Assembly: GCA_937921735.1 (NCBI GenBank)
Contig: CAKZTQ010000016.1
Span: 1 to 64,000 of the forward strand
Direction of reading: 5' to 3'
Source: an uncultured archaeon
Lineage (GTDB): Archaea > Hadarchaeota > Hadarchaeia > Hadarchaeales > Hadarchaeaceae
DNA length: 64,000 nt
Shown: one piece after another, positions 18,412 to 27,749 of the stretch
Position numbering within the stretch: the stretch's first letter is position 1
Layout of the letters: the number at the start of each line of letters is the position of its first letter
The notes under the pieces: model-generated
Told to the model about the DNA's origin: nothing
Databases searched by the model: none
The model's input: only the letters and a program-made list of their open reading frames with translations
Translations under genes and position numbers: made by a program

Positions 18412-19329
18412 ATGGAATTGAAAATAGTTTTTCTCGGCACGGGCGGGAGCATCCCAACACCCTCCCGAGCCCTGCCTGCGGTGGCCATAAAGAGGGGAGG
18501 GGAGCTCCTGTTGTTCGATTGCGGCGAGGGCGTGCAATCCCAGATGGCCCGCGCGCAGCTTAGCCCGATGAAGCTCAACGCGGTCTTCATCACCCACCTC
18601 CACGGGGACCACTTCTTGGGGCTGGCGGGGCTCGTCCAGACCCTTTCCCTGATGGATCGAACGAGGGAGTTGGAGGTCTACTGCCCGCCCGGGGCGAAGG
18701 AGAGGATCGAGACCTATCTCAGGATTCCATACTACACCCTGACGTTCGACGTTGCGGTGAACGAGTTGGAGCCCGGGGCTGAGGTTAGGCGGGGCGATTA
18801 CGTCATCAGGACCTGCGGGGTGGAGCATGGGGTGCCCGCGCTGGCCTATGCTTTGATAGAGGACCCCCGCCCGGGCGAGTTCTACCCCGAGAAGGCCGTG
18901 GGGTTGGGGGTCAAACCGGGGCCCGACTTCTCCCGCCTGCGGGCGGGGCAAACCATAAGGCTGCCCGGCGGTAGGCTGGTGAGGCCGGAGGAGGTGATGG
19001 GGCCGCCGAGGCCGGGGCGGAAGGTGGTCTACGCCGGCGACACCCGGCCCTGCGAGAGCTTGGTGGAGCTCGCCCGCGGCGCCGATGTGTTGATCCACGA
19101 TTGCACGCTGGCCAACGAGCTCGCCGACAAGGCGGTGGAGAGCGGCCACTCCACGCCGGCCGAGGCGGCGGAGGTGGCGAGGAGGGCAGGCGTAGGGCAG
19201 TTGGTGCTCATCCACATCAGTCCTAGGTATGCCGACGAGGAGGTGCTGCTCAGACAAGCGCGCGAGGTCTTCCCGAACGCGGTGGTGGCGAGGGACCTGA
19301 TGGAGCTGGACGTGAGGTTCAAACAATAA
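18412..19329 (+). CDS. rnz: Ribonuclease Z
   Basis: FLGTGGSIP, DCGEG, THLHGDH, GPxxPGR exosite, HISPRY. Confidence 0.95.
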   Translation: MELKIVFLGTGGSIPTPSRALPAVAIKRGGELLLFDCGEGVQSQMARAQLSPMKLNAVFITHLHGDHFLGLAGLVQTLSLMDRTRELEVYCPPGAKERIETYLRIPYYTLTFDVAVNELEPGAEVRRGDYVIRTCGVEHGVPALAYALIEDPRPGEFYPEKAVGLGVKPGPDFSRLRAGQTIRLPGGRLVRPEEVMGPPRPGRKVVYAGDTRPCESLVELARGADVLIHDCTLANELADKAVESGHSTPAEAAEVARRAGVGQLVLIHISPRYADEEVLLRQAREVFPNAVVARDLMELDVRFKQ

Positions 19330-19330
19330 G

Positions 19331-19390
19331 GGCTCAGGGAATAGGGTTCAGCTCATCTCGCGATCGCCTAACCCTCTTCTCATCATAGCC
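19331..19390 (-). ncRNA. C/D-box methylation guide sRNA
   Basis: ggct-ATGATGA-GAAGAGGGTTAG-GCGA...GATGA...AACCCTATTCC-CTGA-gcc; terminal stem; first guide complementary to archaeal 23S H69 UAACCCUCUU. Confidence 0.8.
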
Positions 19391-19422
19391 GAAAATCCAT
19401 TCCAGCGCGAAAACTTAAAAGA

Positions 19423-20076
19423 TTACCTCAGCCCCTGAAACCGAACGCCCACCGCCTCCACTTTATACCGCCTCGTCAGCTCGGCCAACAGGGCCACGAG
19501 GGGCTCGACGAACCTCCCGTTGCGCAATGGTCCGCCGTCCACCGCCCTAACGCCGGGCATCTTCTCGACCAGTTTCATGACCCTCTCCTTCGCCGCCGGG
19601 TCGTCGCTGCACACCACCACATCGCAGTCTAGGGGCCTCGAGAGCTCCTGCAGGAGCCTTGCCCCCACGGTCTGAAGCGCGGACACCACCCTCACTCCCT
19701 TCGGCACTAGCTTGGCCAACTCCTCCCCCGTTGAGCCCGCCCTCGGGCGCTTGAGCACGACTTCGCCGGGTCGGACTTGGATGGGAACGACGACGTTGAC
19801 CAAGATCTTGCCCGGGCTCAGGCCTCGACGTATTTCTCTCATTATTTTCCTCATCGCCTCGAAGGGGACGCTGAGCACCACCACCTCCGCCTCGCGGGCC
19901 GCTTCGAGGTTCGTCGTTCCCCTCACCGGCTTGCCGACGAGCTTGCCCACCTCGGCCGCCGCCCGCTTCGCCTTCTCCTCGAAGCGGGAGCCTATGATCA
20001 CGTCCTCGCCCGCCATAGCCCACCTCGCCACCAGCCCCTTCCCCTGCGCGCCCGTGCCCCCTATGACGGCTATCAT
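19423..20076 (-). CDS. npdG: NADPH-dependent F420 reductase
   Basis: IAVIGGTGAQGKGL, IGSR, VVLSVP, DVVVCSDD, DGGPL. Confidence 0.9.
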   Translation of the reverse strand: MIAVIGGTGAQGKGLVARWAMAGEDVIIGSRFEEKAKRAAAEVGKLVGKPVRGTTNLEAAREAEVVVLSVPFEAMRKIMREIRRGLSPGKILVNVVVPIQVRPGEVVLKRPRAGSTGEELAKLVPKGVRVVSALQTVGARLLQELSRPLDCDVVVCSDDPAAKERVMKLVEKMPGVRAVDGGPLRNGRFVEPLVALLAELTRRYKVEAVGVRFQGLR

Positions 20077-20077
20077 C

Positions 20078-20488
20078 CTAATCCCGATATTCGATCTCCC
20101 TGATGGGCTTTCCGTCCGCGGTGCGAGGGGCTAAATAGTCTATCAACCTCTCCGCGTCCCTCGCCTCTACGACGACGGTTATCGGGCCCAGCGGGGATTC
20201 ACCATCGGTGAAGCTGACCTTCCCGACCGCGGCCGCCTGTTTGTTCAGCATGAACTGCACCACGCCTCCCCGCATGCCCCTGCGCATGACGCTCCTGGCG
20301 GAGTCTAGGATGGCCTGTGACCTCAGCAGTTGATGTAACCTATCTAAGGCCTCGACCCTCGTCGACTCGCCGGAGATCACGTTCCCGACCAAGCTCAGCT
20401 CAAGCGTAGGAAATATGTTTTTTATCGCCCTCTCGACCTTGGCGGGGTCCTCCGTGGGCCTGACCTCTGCCTCCACCCTAAGCTTCAA
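20078..20488 (-). CDS. UPF0201 archaeal RNA-binding protein
   Basis: VRPTEDPAKVERAIKNIFP, ILDSAR, LNKQAA, SPLGPI. Confidence 0.88.
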   Translation of the reverse strand: MKLRVEAEVRPTEDPAKVERAIKNIFPTLELSLVGNVISGESTRVEALDRLHQLLRSQAILDSARSVMRRGMRGGVVQFMLNKQAAAVGKVSFTDGESPLGPITVVVEARDAERLIDYLAPRTADGKPIREIEYRD

Positions 20489-21054
20489 AGCCTACCCCCC
20501 AGCATAGATTCGATGAGCTCGGCTGCCCTCTCGCGGAGTTCATCCAGCGTGCCTTCGTTCACGACGATGGCATCCGCCAACGCTAGGGCCTCGCCGAGCC
20601 CCCACCCCAGCTCGCGCCTATCCTTCTCGCGAAAGGCCTTTAGGCTCTCTATGTCGTCGGCCCTTCCCCTCCCCGAGACCCTCGAGTAACGCGTCCGCTC
20701 GCTCGCCCAAACTGCGAGGAGGCGAAAGCGGTCACCGAAGGCCCCGCGGAATTCCTCCACCTCTGCGATGCCCCTGATGCCATCGACGACCACCGCCCGC
20801 TTGCCCACGCCAACTCGCTCGATGATCGGGACGCAGCGCTTGGCGATCGCCCCGGGTCCGTCCCTCCGCCTGAGCTCGTCGGCCACAGCGCCGACGTTGG
20901 CCTCGTTTATCTCCAGCCCTCGGCGCTTGACCTCCTCCCAGACCACATCCCCCATCCGCACGCAGGGCATATCTAGGCCCATCGCGACCTTCGCGACCTC
21001 GGTCTTGCCGGAGCCCTGCAAGCCGACGATGCCTATGACGGCGAAGTTGCTCAT
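20485..21054 (-). CDS. UPF0200 P-loop kinase (dephospho-CoA-kinase-like)
   Basis: GLQGSGKT, MGDVV, VDGIR, RDRREL-like motif; start at MSNF. Confidence 0.85.
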   Translation of the reverse strand: MSNFAVIGIVGLQGSGKTEVAKVAMGLDMPCVRMGDVVWEEVKRRGLEINEANVGAVADELRRRDGPGAIAKRCVPIIERVGVGKRAVVVDGIRGIAEVEEFRGAFGDRFRLLAVWASERTRYSRVSGRGRADDIESLKAFREKDRRELGWGLGEALALADAIVVNEGTLDELRERAAELIESMLGGRL

Positions 21055-21284
21055 AGCTCGACCACTATCAAGGTAGTGGTATTCGTGACGCCGGGTATGC
21101 TGCGGATGTCGCCGAAGACGGCTTTGGTGAGCTTCTCGAGGGAGTCCACTTCTATGCGCGCGATGATGTCGTAAGGTCCCGCGACGCACTCCGCCTTCTT
21201 GACGCCCTCCACCGCCTTAACCCTCCGAAAGACCTCAGCGGTCTTGCCGGGCTCGGCGGATATCAAGCTATAGGCATTTACCAT
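21051..21284 (-). CDS. Stand-alone Lrp/AsnC ligand-binding domain
   Basis: VAGPYDIIA, IRSIPGVTNTTTLI; 77 aa. Confidence 0.88.
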   Translation of the reverse strand: MVNAYSLISAEPGKTAEVFRRVKAVEGVKKAECVAGPYDIIARIEVDSLEKLTKAVFGDIRSIPGVTNTTTLIVVEL

Positions 21285-21379
21285 TCTGGCACCCCCTTAC
21301 ATATTCAAATCGGCGGCTTTAATACTTCGATTTTTCGCCGGTTTTTTTAAGGTCCGTGGAATCCTAAATTGGTGGTCGC

Positions 21380-21988
21380 TTGGACAGGATCTACTACAAA
21401 GGGAAAGCCTTCGAGGTGAGCCCTCAAGTTTACCCCCCAGCCGAGGACACCTTCCTCCTCGCGGACAATCTGGACGCGCGGGCGGGCGAACGGGTACTTG
21501 AACTAGGGACGGGCTGCGGCATCCTCGCGATCCTGGCGGCGGAGGCTGGCGCCGAGGTGGTGGCGACGGATGTGAACCCAGCCGCGTTGAGGTGCGCCCG
21601 TGCGAACGCCGTAGCCCACGGCGTCGAGGATAGGATAGACTTCAGGCTCGGCGATCTCTTTGAGCCCGTGCGGGGGGAGAGGTTCGACCTAGTGGTCTTC
21701 AATCCTCCGTACCTACCTGTTCCCTCCGAGGAATCGATCGGCGACATGCTGGACCGCGCGTGGGAGGGCGGTCCGGATGGGAGGGCGGTGATCGATAGGT
21801 TTCTCGAGGGGTTGCCCGAGCACCTGAATGAGGGAGGGCGAGCTCTCTTCGTGCAATCCTCGCTGTCGGATATCACGAGAACTCTTCACATGCTTCGTGC
21901 CTTTCGGGTGGGCATCCTGCGACGAAAGTTGCCTTTCGAGGAATTATTTCTGCTGCGCGTCACAACCCTTTTACCCCTACAGCTTTAG
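21380..21988 (+). CDS. HemK-related (release factor glutamine) methyltransferase
   Basis: VYPPAEDTFLL, LELGTGCG, FNPPYLP, GGPDGR. Confidence 0.9.
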   Translation: MDRIYYKGKAFEVSPQVYPPAEDTFLLADNLDARAGERVLELGTGCGILAILAAEAGAEVVATDVNPAALRCARANAVAHGVEDRIDFRLGDLFEPVRGERFDLVVFNPPYLPVPSEESIGDMLDRAWEGGPDGRAVIDRFLEGLPEHLNEGGRALFVQSSLSDITRTLHMLRAFRVGILRRKLPFEELFLLRVTTLLPLQL

Positions 21989-22006
21989 AATCATGGCGGT
22001 GTGAAC

Positions 22007-22117
22007 GTGGGGAAGAGACCCCGCAAGTGGAAGAAGAAGGGAAGGATGCGCTGGAAGTGGCTGAAGAAGCGCATGCGCAGGAAGCAGCGCCGATTGAAGC
22101 AGAGGGTAGGGGCATAA
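22007..22117 (+). CDS. rpl41e: Ribosomal protein eL41/eS32 (not in ORF track)
   Basis: [36 protein letters not shown], matching Thermococcales-type L41e. Confidence 0.9.
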   Translation: MGKRPRKWKKKGRMRWKWLKKRMRRKQRRLKQRVGA

Positions 22118-22168
22118 TCCTCTTTTGTTGGTCGAAAAAATTTATTTACCGTAACGTTTTTATATTGG

Positions 22169-22819
22169 ATGGATAATCCATCCATAGATAAAATGTTTAG
22201 CTCAACTACTCCCGAGAAAGCGCTCTCCGACAGGGTGAAGGTACTGTCGGCGGTGTGTCTTGCGTTAATAGTTTTCAACAAACTGGTTTTGAGCAAGTTC
22301 GGGATCCCCAACCTCGAGTTGATAATCCCAGCCTTGGCCGTCGCAGGTGGTTTTTCCCTCGCCATAACCGGTCATAGGGGCCCGTCGGTCCTCTGCTACG
22401 GGGCGGCGGCGATCTCGGCGATAGGTTTGCTGGACATCCTAGGGTGGGGGTTGCAACCCATCTATGCCTTCACATGGCCTGGGTTCCTCATGGCATGGTT
22501 CTTGGCCACGCGAAAAGGATTTCCCATTTTTGAAAGATTCGGACATCTCGTGCGCCGCGCGACCATCACCGCGGCCCTCGCCATCTTGGCATTCGATGCT
22601 TGGACGGCCCTTGGGGCATGGGTCCTGTGGTATCCCAAGACCCTCTCTTGGCTGGCCATGACTTACCTCTTGCAAATACCCTTCACCCTCTACCATCTCG
22701 CCTCGCTATTCTTTGTTCCACCGCTCGTGGGATTGGGCAAGGCTTTGGTGAGGATCAAGGTCCCGATCGCCGTTGCGGTACGGGCGGCGATGAGGACCCA
22801 GACCTCGCAGGGGATGTAA
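22169..22819 (+). CDS. ECF transporter S-component-like membrane protein (cobalamin-type candidate)
   Basis: IPNLE, FTWPGF, QIPFTLYHLAS; multi-TM; adjacent to DUF4430. Confidence 0.55.
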   Translation: MDNPSIDKMFSSTTPEKALSDRVKVLSAVCLALIVFNKLVLSKFGIPNLELIIPALAVAGGFSLAITGHRGPSVLCYGAAAISAIGLLDILGWGLQPIYAFTWPGFLMAWFLATRKGFPIFERFGHLVRRATITAALAILAFDAWTALGAWVLWYPKTLSWLAMTYLLQIPFTLYHLASLFFVPPLVGLGKALVRIKVPIAVAVRAAMRTQTSQGM

Positions 22820-22822
22820 GGG

Positions 22823-23241
22823 GTGGTCAAACGAGGGGCGGGGCTATCATCCTTGGGGTCTTAGTGGTGGTCGCAATCGTTGCGGCGTTTCAGTTAGGTA
22901 GCATGCGGGCAGCACGCGAGCGAGAAGTCGTGGGCAGCGTGTCCATCCGCATCGTCATGGTACAACCGGGCGAAAACCTGTTGCTCAAGGACGAAAACGT
23001 GGAGATCCTCGCCGGGACCACGGTCTTCGAGGTATTGGACCGCATTGCCCAAGTGGGCTACAGGGAATACCCAGGGTTAGGCAAGTTCGTGATCTCGATA
23101 GACAACATCGAACAAACCGAAGACAAGTGGTGGCTGTACCAGGTAAACGGAGTTCACCCGAACATCGCAGCGGACAGATACGTGGTCGCCGACGGGGACA
23201 ACATCCTCTGGGAGTTCACCTCAGAGTGGCCTACCTTTTGA
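22823..23241 (+). CDS. DUF4430 transcobalamin-like protein with N-terminal TM anchor (possible 5' frameshift)
   Basis: TVFEVL, GKFVISIDNI, WWLYQVNG, AADRYVVADGDNILW. Confidence 0.75.
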
Positions 23242-23808
23242 CCGGGCGAGGGTCCTAGCGGCGGCCCTTGCCCCGGCCTCTGCTTTGAGCTCATCCTTGG
23301 CCGTGCCAATTACTATCACATCCCCTTCCCTTGGTTTGAAGATCTCGATCAGCATCTCGCCGACTTCGGGCGGCACCTCAAGGAAGCCGTTGGGGAACTG
23401 AAGCTTGCTCTCCTTGAAGACCAGCACCGTTGCCCCATCCGCACCGGCCTTTATGGCCTCATCACGTTGTTCTATGCCACGTCTGACCCTCGCCGCGGCT
23501 CCCCTGACGATCGTGGCCACGTCCACCTCCCCCACGGTGAGATCCCCAGCGTCCAACCTCACGTATCCGGAGGTCCTCCCGAGCTCCCTTCTACCCTTAG
23601 CCGTTACCGAGTGGCCTCCCCGCGAAGAGGTGATCAACCCCCGCATCTCCAGGCGCCTGAGGATGGTGCGGACGCTGCCCTCCCCGATCCCAAGCTCCCT
23701 CGCGAGCTGTTTTCGCCCGATCCTCCCGCGCTCGGCGATGATCTCCAACGCCTTTCTCACCTGAGACTCCGCAAATCGTGGCAGGGGCCCAACGCTTGAC
23801 AAGCTCAA
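23221..23808 (-). CDS. wHTH + DUF4443-like protein, putative regulator
   Basis: IGRKQLARELGIGEGSVRTILRRL; GIEQRDEAIKAGADGAT; TTG start overlaps argF stop. Confidence 0.75.
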   Translation of the reverse strand: MSLSSVGPLPRFAESQVRKALEIIAERGRIGRKQLARELGIGEGSVRTILRRLEMRGLITSSRGGHSVTAKGRRELGRTSGYVRLDAGDLTVGEVDVATIVRGAAARVRRGIEQRDEAIKAGADGATVLVFKESKLQFPNGFLEVPPEVGEMLIEIFKPREGDVIVIGTAKDELKAEAGARAAARTLARSKGRPL

Positions 23809-24728
23809 ATCACCATCGTCAATATTGCCTTCTGCACGTGTAGCCTGTTCTCTGCCTGGTCGAACACCACGGAGTGCGGGCCATCGATGACCTCGTCGGT
23901 GACCTCCTCCCCGCGGTGAGCTGGCAGGCAGTGCATGAAGATGACGTCCTCCTTCGCGCGCCTCAACAGCTCGGCGTTGACTTGGTAACCCTTGAAGTCC
24001 TGCAGCCTGCGCATCTTCTCCCCTTCCTGCCCCATCGAAACCCAAACGTCCGTGTAGACCACATCGGCCCCGAACACTGCCTCGTTTGGGTCGTTGATCA
24101 CCTCGAGCTTCGACCCACTCTCGGCCGCGCGCCTCCTGCCGAGTTCCAGCACCTCCGCGTTTGGCTCGTAGCCGGGCGGGCATGCGATGGAGACGTCGAT
24201 GCCTACCAGGCTGCAGGCAAGCAACAGGGAGTTGCACACGTTGTTGCCGTCTCCGACCCAAGCCAGTTTCAGCCCCCGCAGCCTGCCCTTCTTCTCCTGG
24301 ATCGTCATCAGGTCGGCTAAGGCTTGACATGGGTGCTCCAGGGGGCTGAGCGCGTTTATCACCGGGACGGTGCTGTGCTTGGCAAGTTCGAGAAGGTTGT
24401 CGTGCGAGGTAACCCTAGCGACTATGGCATGGACATACCTGCTCAAGGTCCTTGCGGTGTCCGCTATGGTCTCGCCTCTGCTGAGCTGTAGCTCTTGGGC
24501 GCTCAGGAATAGCGGATTCCCGCCGAGCTCATGGATCCCAGTTTCGAACGAGACCCTCGTGCGAGTCGAAGGCTTTTCGAAGATGAGGGCGACGGTTTTT
24601 CCCCTAAGCTCGTCCGAGAGGATGCCCTTTTCCCTCTGCTCCTTAAAGATGGTTGCCCTCGCCAGGATGTGTCCGACGTCCTCCCCGCTGAGGTCCCCCA
24701 TGGATAGAAGATGTCTTCCCCTCAACAT
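23805..24728 (-). CDS. argF: Ornithine carbamoyltransferase
   Basis: PSTRTR, HPCQALAD, TDVWVSMG, HCLPAHRG. Confidence 0.97.
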   Translation of the reverse strand: MLRGRHLLSMGDLSGEDVGHILARATIFKEQREKGILSDELRGKTVALIFEKPSTRTRVSFETGIHELGGNPLFLSAQELQLSRGETIADTARTLSRYVHAIVARVTSHDNLLELAKHSTVPVINALSPLEHPCQALADLMTIQEKKGRLRGLKLAWVGDGNNVCNSLLLACSLVGIDVSIACPPGYEPNAEVLELGRRRAAESGSKLEVINDPNEAVFGADVVYTDVWVSMGQEGEKMRRLQDFKGYQVNAELLRRAKEDVIFMHCLPAHRGEEVTDEVIDGPHSVVFDQAENRLHVQKAILTMVI

Positions 24729-25912
24729 CCCCTCACCTCCGACAGGATTTCATCTAGGGCATCGACCAAGCGATCGATGTGCTCGCGCTCAACCACGAGC
24801 GGTGGCACGAACCTCAAGACCCTATCCGCCGTACAATTTATAAGGAATCCCCTCTCCATCGCTTTTTTCACCGTCATGTCCGCGGCCTCCTTCGTCGTGA
24901 GCTCCATTCCCAGCATCAACCCAAGCCCCCTGACCTCCCGCACGCAATCGTGCTTCTCGGCCAACTCTTCTAAGCGATCCTTGAAATATCTTCCCACCCT
25001 AGCCGCCCGCCGGGGTAGCTTCAGGCGCATCATGGTGCGCACCACGGTAGTGGCTGCGGCACATGCGAGGGGGTTGCCTCCGAAGGTAGATGCGTGATCG
25101 CCTGCCGAGAAGGAGCCCATGACCTCCGCTTTAGCGCCAAAGCACCCGATGGGAAAGCCGCCACCGAGGGCCTTTGCTATCGTCATGACGTCCGGCGTCA
25201 CACCCCAGTGCTGGCAGGCGAACCACTTACCAGTGCGTCCCATCCCGGTCTGAACCTCATCGAAGATCAAAAGGGCGCCGCGGGCGTCGCAGAGTTCCCG
25301 CAGCCCCTTGAGGTAACCTTCGGATGGAACGTTTATCCCTCCCTCCCCTTGTATGGGTTCCACGATCACGGCGGCAGTTCGATCGGTGATCGCGCGCTCG
25401 GCGGCGGCGAGGTCGTCGAAGGGCACGAAGTCGAATATCTTGGGGATCAAGGGGGCGAAGGGCTCCCGATAGCTCGCCTTCCAAGTAGCGCCGACGGTGG
25501 CCGATGTTCGCCCGTGAAAGGACCCCTGCATGGCCACGATGCGCTGGCGCTTGGTGTGCTTGATCGAGAGCTTGAAGGCCCCTTCCACCGCCTCCGCGCC
25601 GGAGTTGCAGAAGAAGAATTTATCTATGCCCTTAGGGGTGATCTTCGCGAGCAGCTGGGCGAGCTCTACCTGCGGTGTAGTGTAGTACAAGTTGGACACG
25701 TGCATGAGCTTTTTCGCCTGTTCCGAGATGGCCTCGACGAGCGCTGGGTGACAATGGCCCAACGCGCAGACGGCTATGCCGCCGACGAAGTCCAGGTATT
25801 CCTTCCCCCCGATATCCCTGACCACCATGCCTCGCCCTTCCACCAAGACCAGGGGCTGGCGGTGGTAGGTTTGAGCGAGGTAGCGCTTCTCCAGCTCCAA
25901 GATGCGGCGCAT
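24722..25912 (-). CDS. argD: Acetylornithine aminotransferase
   Basis: NSGAEAVE, FHGRT, DEVQTGMGRTG, AKALGGG, HASTFGGNP. Confidence 0.93.
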   Translation of the reverse strand: MRRILELEKRYLAQTYHRQPLVLVEGRGMVVRDIGGKEYLDFVGGIAVCALGHCHPALVEAISEQAKKLMHVSNLYYTTPQVELAQLLAKITPKGIDKFFFCNSGAEAVEGAFKLSIKHTKRQRIVAMQGSFHGRTSATVGATWKASYREPFAPLIPKIFDFVPFDDLAAAERAITDRTAAVIVEPIQGEGGINVPSEGYLKGLRELCDARGALLIFDEVQTGMGRTGKWFACQHWGVTPDVMTIAKALGGGFPIGCFGAKAEVMGSFSAGDHASTFGGNPLACAAATTVVRTMMRLKLPRRAARVGRYFKDRLEELAEKHDCVREVRGLGLMLGMELTTKEAADMTVKKAMERGFLINCTADRVLRFVPPLVVEREHIDRLVDALDEILSEVRGC

Positions 25913-26806
25913 TCACTGCCCCCGCTCGATCATCGTGCCTATGCCGCTCTCGGTCAGGATCTCAAGCAATAGCGCATGGGGCACGTTGCCGTTGATGATG
26001 TGCGCCCGCTCGACGCCGCTGTTCACCGCCCTTATGCAGGCCTCAACTTTGGGGATCATGCCCTTCTTGATCACCCCTTCCTGGATGAGCTTTTCTGCCT
26101 CTTGGACGGTTAGCCTTGGGATGAGGGTGCTCTCATTGTTCGGATCCCTCAAGACCCCGGGGACGTTGGTGAGCAATATCAACTTTTTCGCGCGCATGGC
26201 GGCCGCGATTTCAGCAGCCACTACGTCAGCATTTATGTTCAGGCTATGCCCCTCGTCGTCTATCCCTACCGGCGAGATGACCGGAATATAACCCGTGCCG
26301 ACTAAGTAGTTTATGACGGTCGGGTTTATCGACTCCACCTCTCCCACGAAACCGAGGTCCACCTCGATCTCGCGCCCGGTGCGGGTTGTGGTCTTGTAGA
26401 GGATCTTGCGCGCCTTGATGAAGTTTCCGTCGATGCCGGAGATGCCGACGGCTCGCCCACCGTGCTTGTTTATACCGAGCACTATCTCCTTGTTGATCTT
26501 CCCGACGAGCACCCTGTGCAGGATATCGATGGTCTCCTCGTCGGTGATGCGTAGTCCGTGGATGAACTTGGGCTCCTTGCCCATCTTCCTCATTTCCTCG
26601 GTTATCTCAGGGCCACCACCGTGGACGAGCACGGTCTTCATGCCCACGAAGTTGAGCAGCACGATGTCCTTTAGCATGAGGTCCCTTTGCTTCTCCTTCT
26701 CCATCACGGCGCCGCCCAACTTGATCACTATTACCTTGCCGTGGAAGCGCTGGATATACGGTAGGGCCTCCAACAAAACCGTCGCGCGGTCTTCCATTTT
26801 TATCAT
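25913..26806 (-). CDS. argB: Acetylglutamate kinase
   Basis: EALPYI, KLGG, HGGGP, NINAD, GMIPK. Confidence 0.95.
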   Translation of the reverse strand: MIKMEDRATVLLEALPYIQRFHGKVIVIKLGGAVMEKEKQRDLMLKDIVLLNFVGMKTVLVHGGGPEITEEMRKMGKEPKFIHGLRITDEETIDILHRVLVGKINKEIVLGINKHGGRAVGISGIDGNFIKARKILYKTTTRTGREIEVDLGFVGEVESINPTVINYLVGTGYIPVISPVGIDDEGHSLNINADVVAAEIAAAMRAKKLILLTNVPGVLRDPNNESTLIPRLTVQEAEKLIQEGVIKKGMIPKVEACIRAVNSGVERAHIINGNVPHALLLEILTESGIGTMIERGQ

Positions 26807-26909
26807 CACTAAATTGACTTCATTACTCAAGGCACTCTTAAAAACATTTGCAAAACAAAACCGAAAACTCGGGCCCATGAGTTTGGCTCAAATTACTTTG
26901 GCGCGAAAA

Positions 26910-27749
26910 TTATTTGCTCAAATATTTCCACGAGAGGAAAATACCGATGGTCGAGAAGATAGCGGCGAATATCCCCAAAAAGGTGAAATCAACCGCCAGC
27001 TGCGACGCGTTCGTCTGATACAAGAGCAGCTGCCTTCCGGCGTCGGTTCCGTAAGTTATGGGATTTATCTTGGATATCATTCTCAGCCATTCTGGCATTA
27101 TTGAGGTTGGAAATAGGGCATTGCTGGTGAAGAGGAGAGGCAGGTTCAAGAGGTTCACCACCGCCATTTGGGTTTCCCATCTGGTGGAGCGTATGGCTAT
27201 CAACAGGAAAATCGAGGAGAGCCCCATGCACATCAGGAAGAGGACGGCGAAGACGCCGAGCAAATTTAATGGGGTGAAACTGGGGCCCAAGCGCAGGCCG
27301 AGCAAAAAGGCCACCAATAGGACTATGCCGGATTGAACGAGGGACCTTATCACCGCAGAGAAAATTTTGGAAAACAGGATAGCCCCTCTCGCGACGGGGG
27401 TGCTCAGCACCTTGCCCAAAAAGCCCAGACGTCTATCCCATACGATCGACATGCCGCTGAACATACTCGTGAACACGGTGACGAACGAAAGCATGCCCAC
27501 CGCCATGAACGAGAAGTAATCTGGAGTACCGAAGGTGCTCTTCATGAGCTCTTCCGCCACCGCCCTGGGCACCGCGGGATTTTGGAAGATGCCACCTATG
27601 TTCATCGCCTTGCCGAACAGGGCCATCCAAATCACGGGCTGGACGACGGAGATGAAGAGTACTATCGGCTCCTTGTACCATTTCTTCAATTCCCTGTGGG
27701 TCAAGGCCCCAAGGCCGTGAAGCGGGTTCGTCGAGACCTGGTTTTGCAT
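26910..27749 (-). CDS. ABC-2 type transporter permease (DrrB-like)
   Basis: WDRRLGFL, FTSNALFP, INPITY; 6 TM. Confidence 0.9.
   Translation of the reverse strand: MQNQVSTNPLHGLGALTHRELKKWYKEPIVLFISVVQPVIWMALFGKAMNIGGIFQNPAVPRAVAEELMKSTFGTPDYFSFMAVGMLSFVTVFTSMFSGMSIVWDRRLGFLGKVLSTPVARGAILFSKIFSAVIRSLVQSGIVLLVAFLLGLRLGPSFTPLNLLGVFAVLFLMCMGLSSIFLLIAIRSTRWETQMAVVNLLNLPLLFTSNALFPTSIMPEWLRMISKINPITYGTDAGRQLLLYQTNASQLAVDFTFLGIFAAIFSTIGIFLSWKYLSK

Noticed and set aside
22118-22170. Cobalamin riboswitch
   Set aside because: Gap too short and AT-rich, no B12-box motifs
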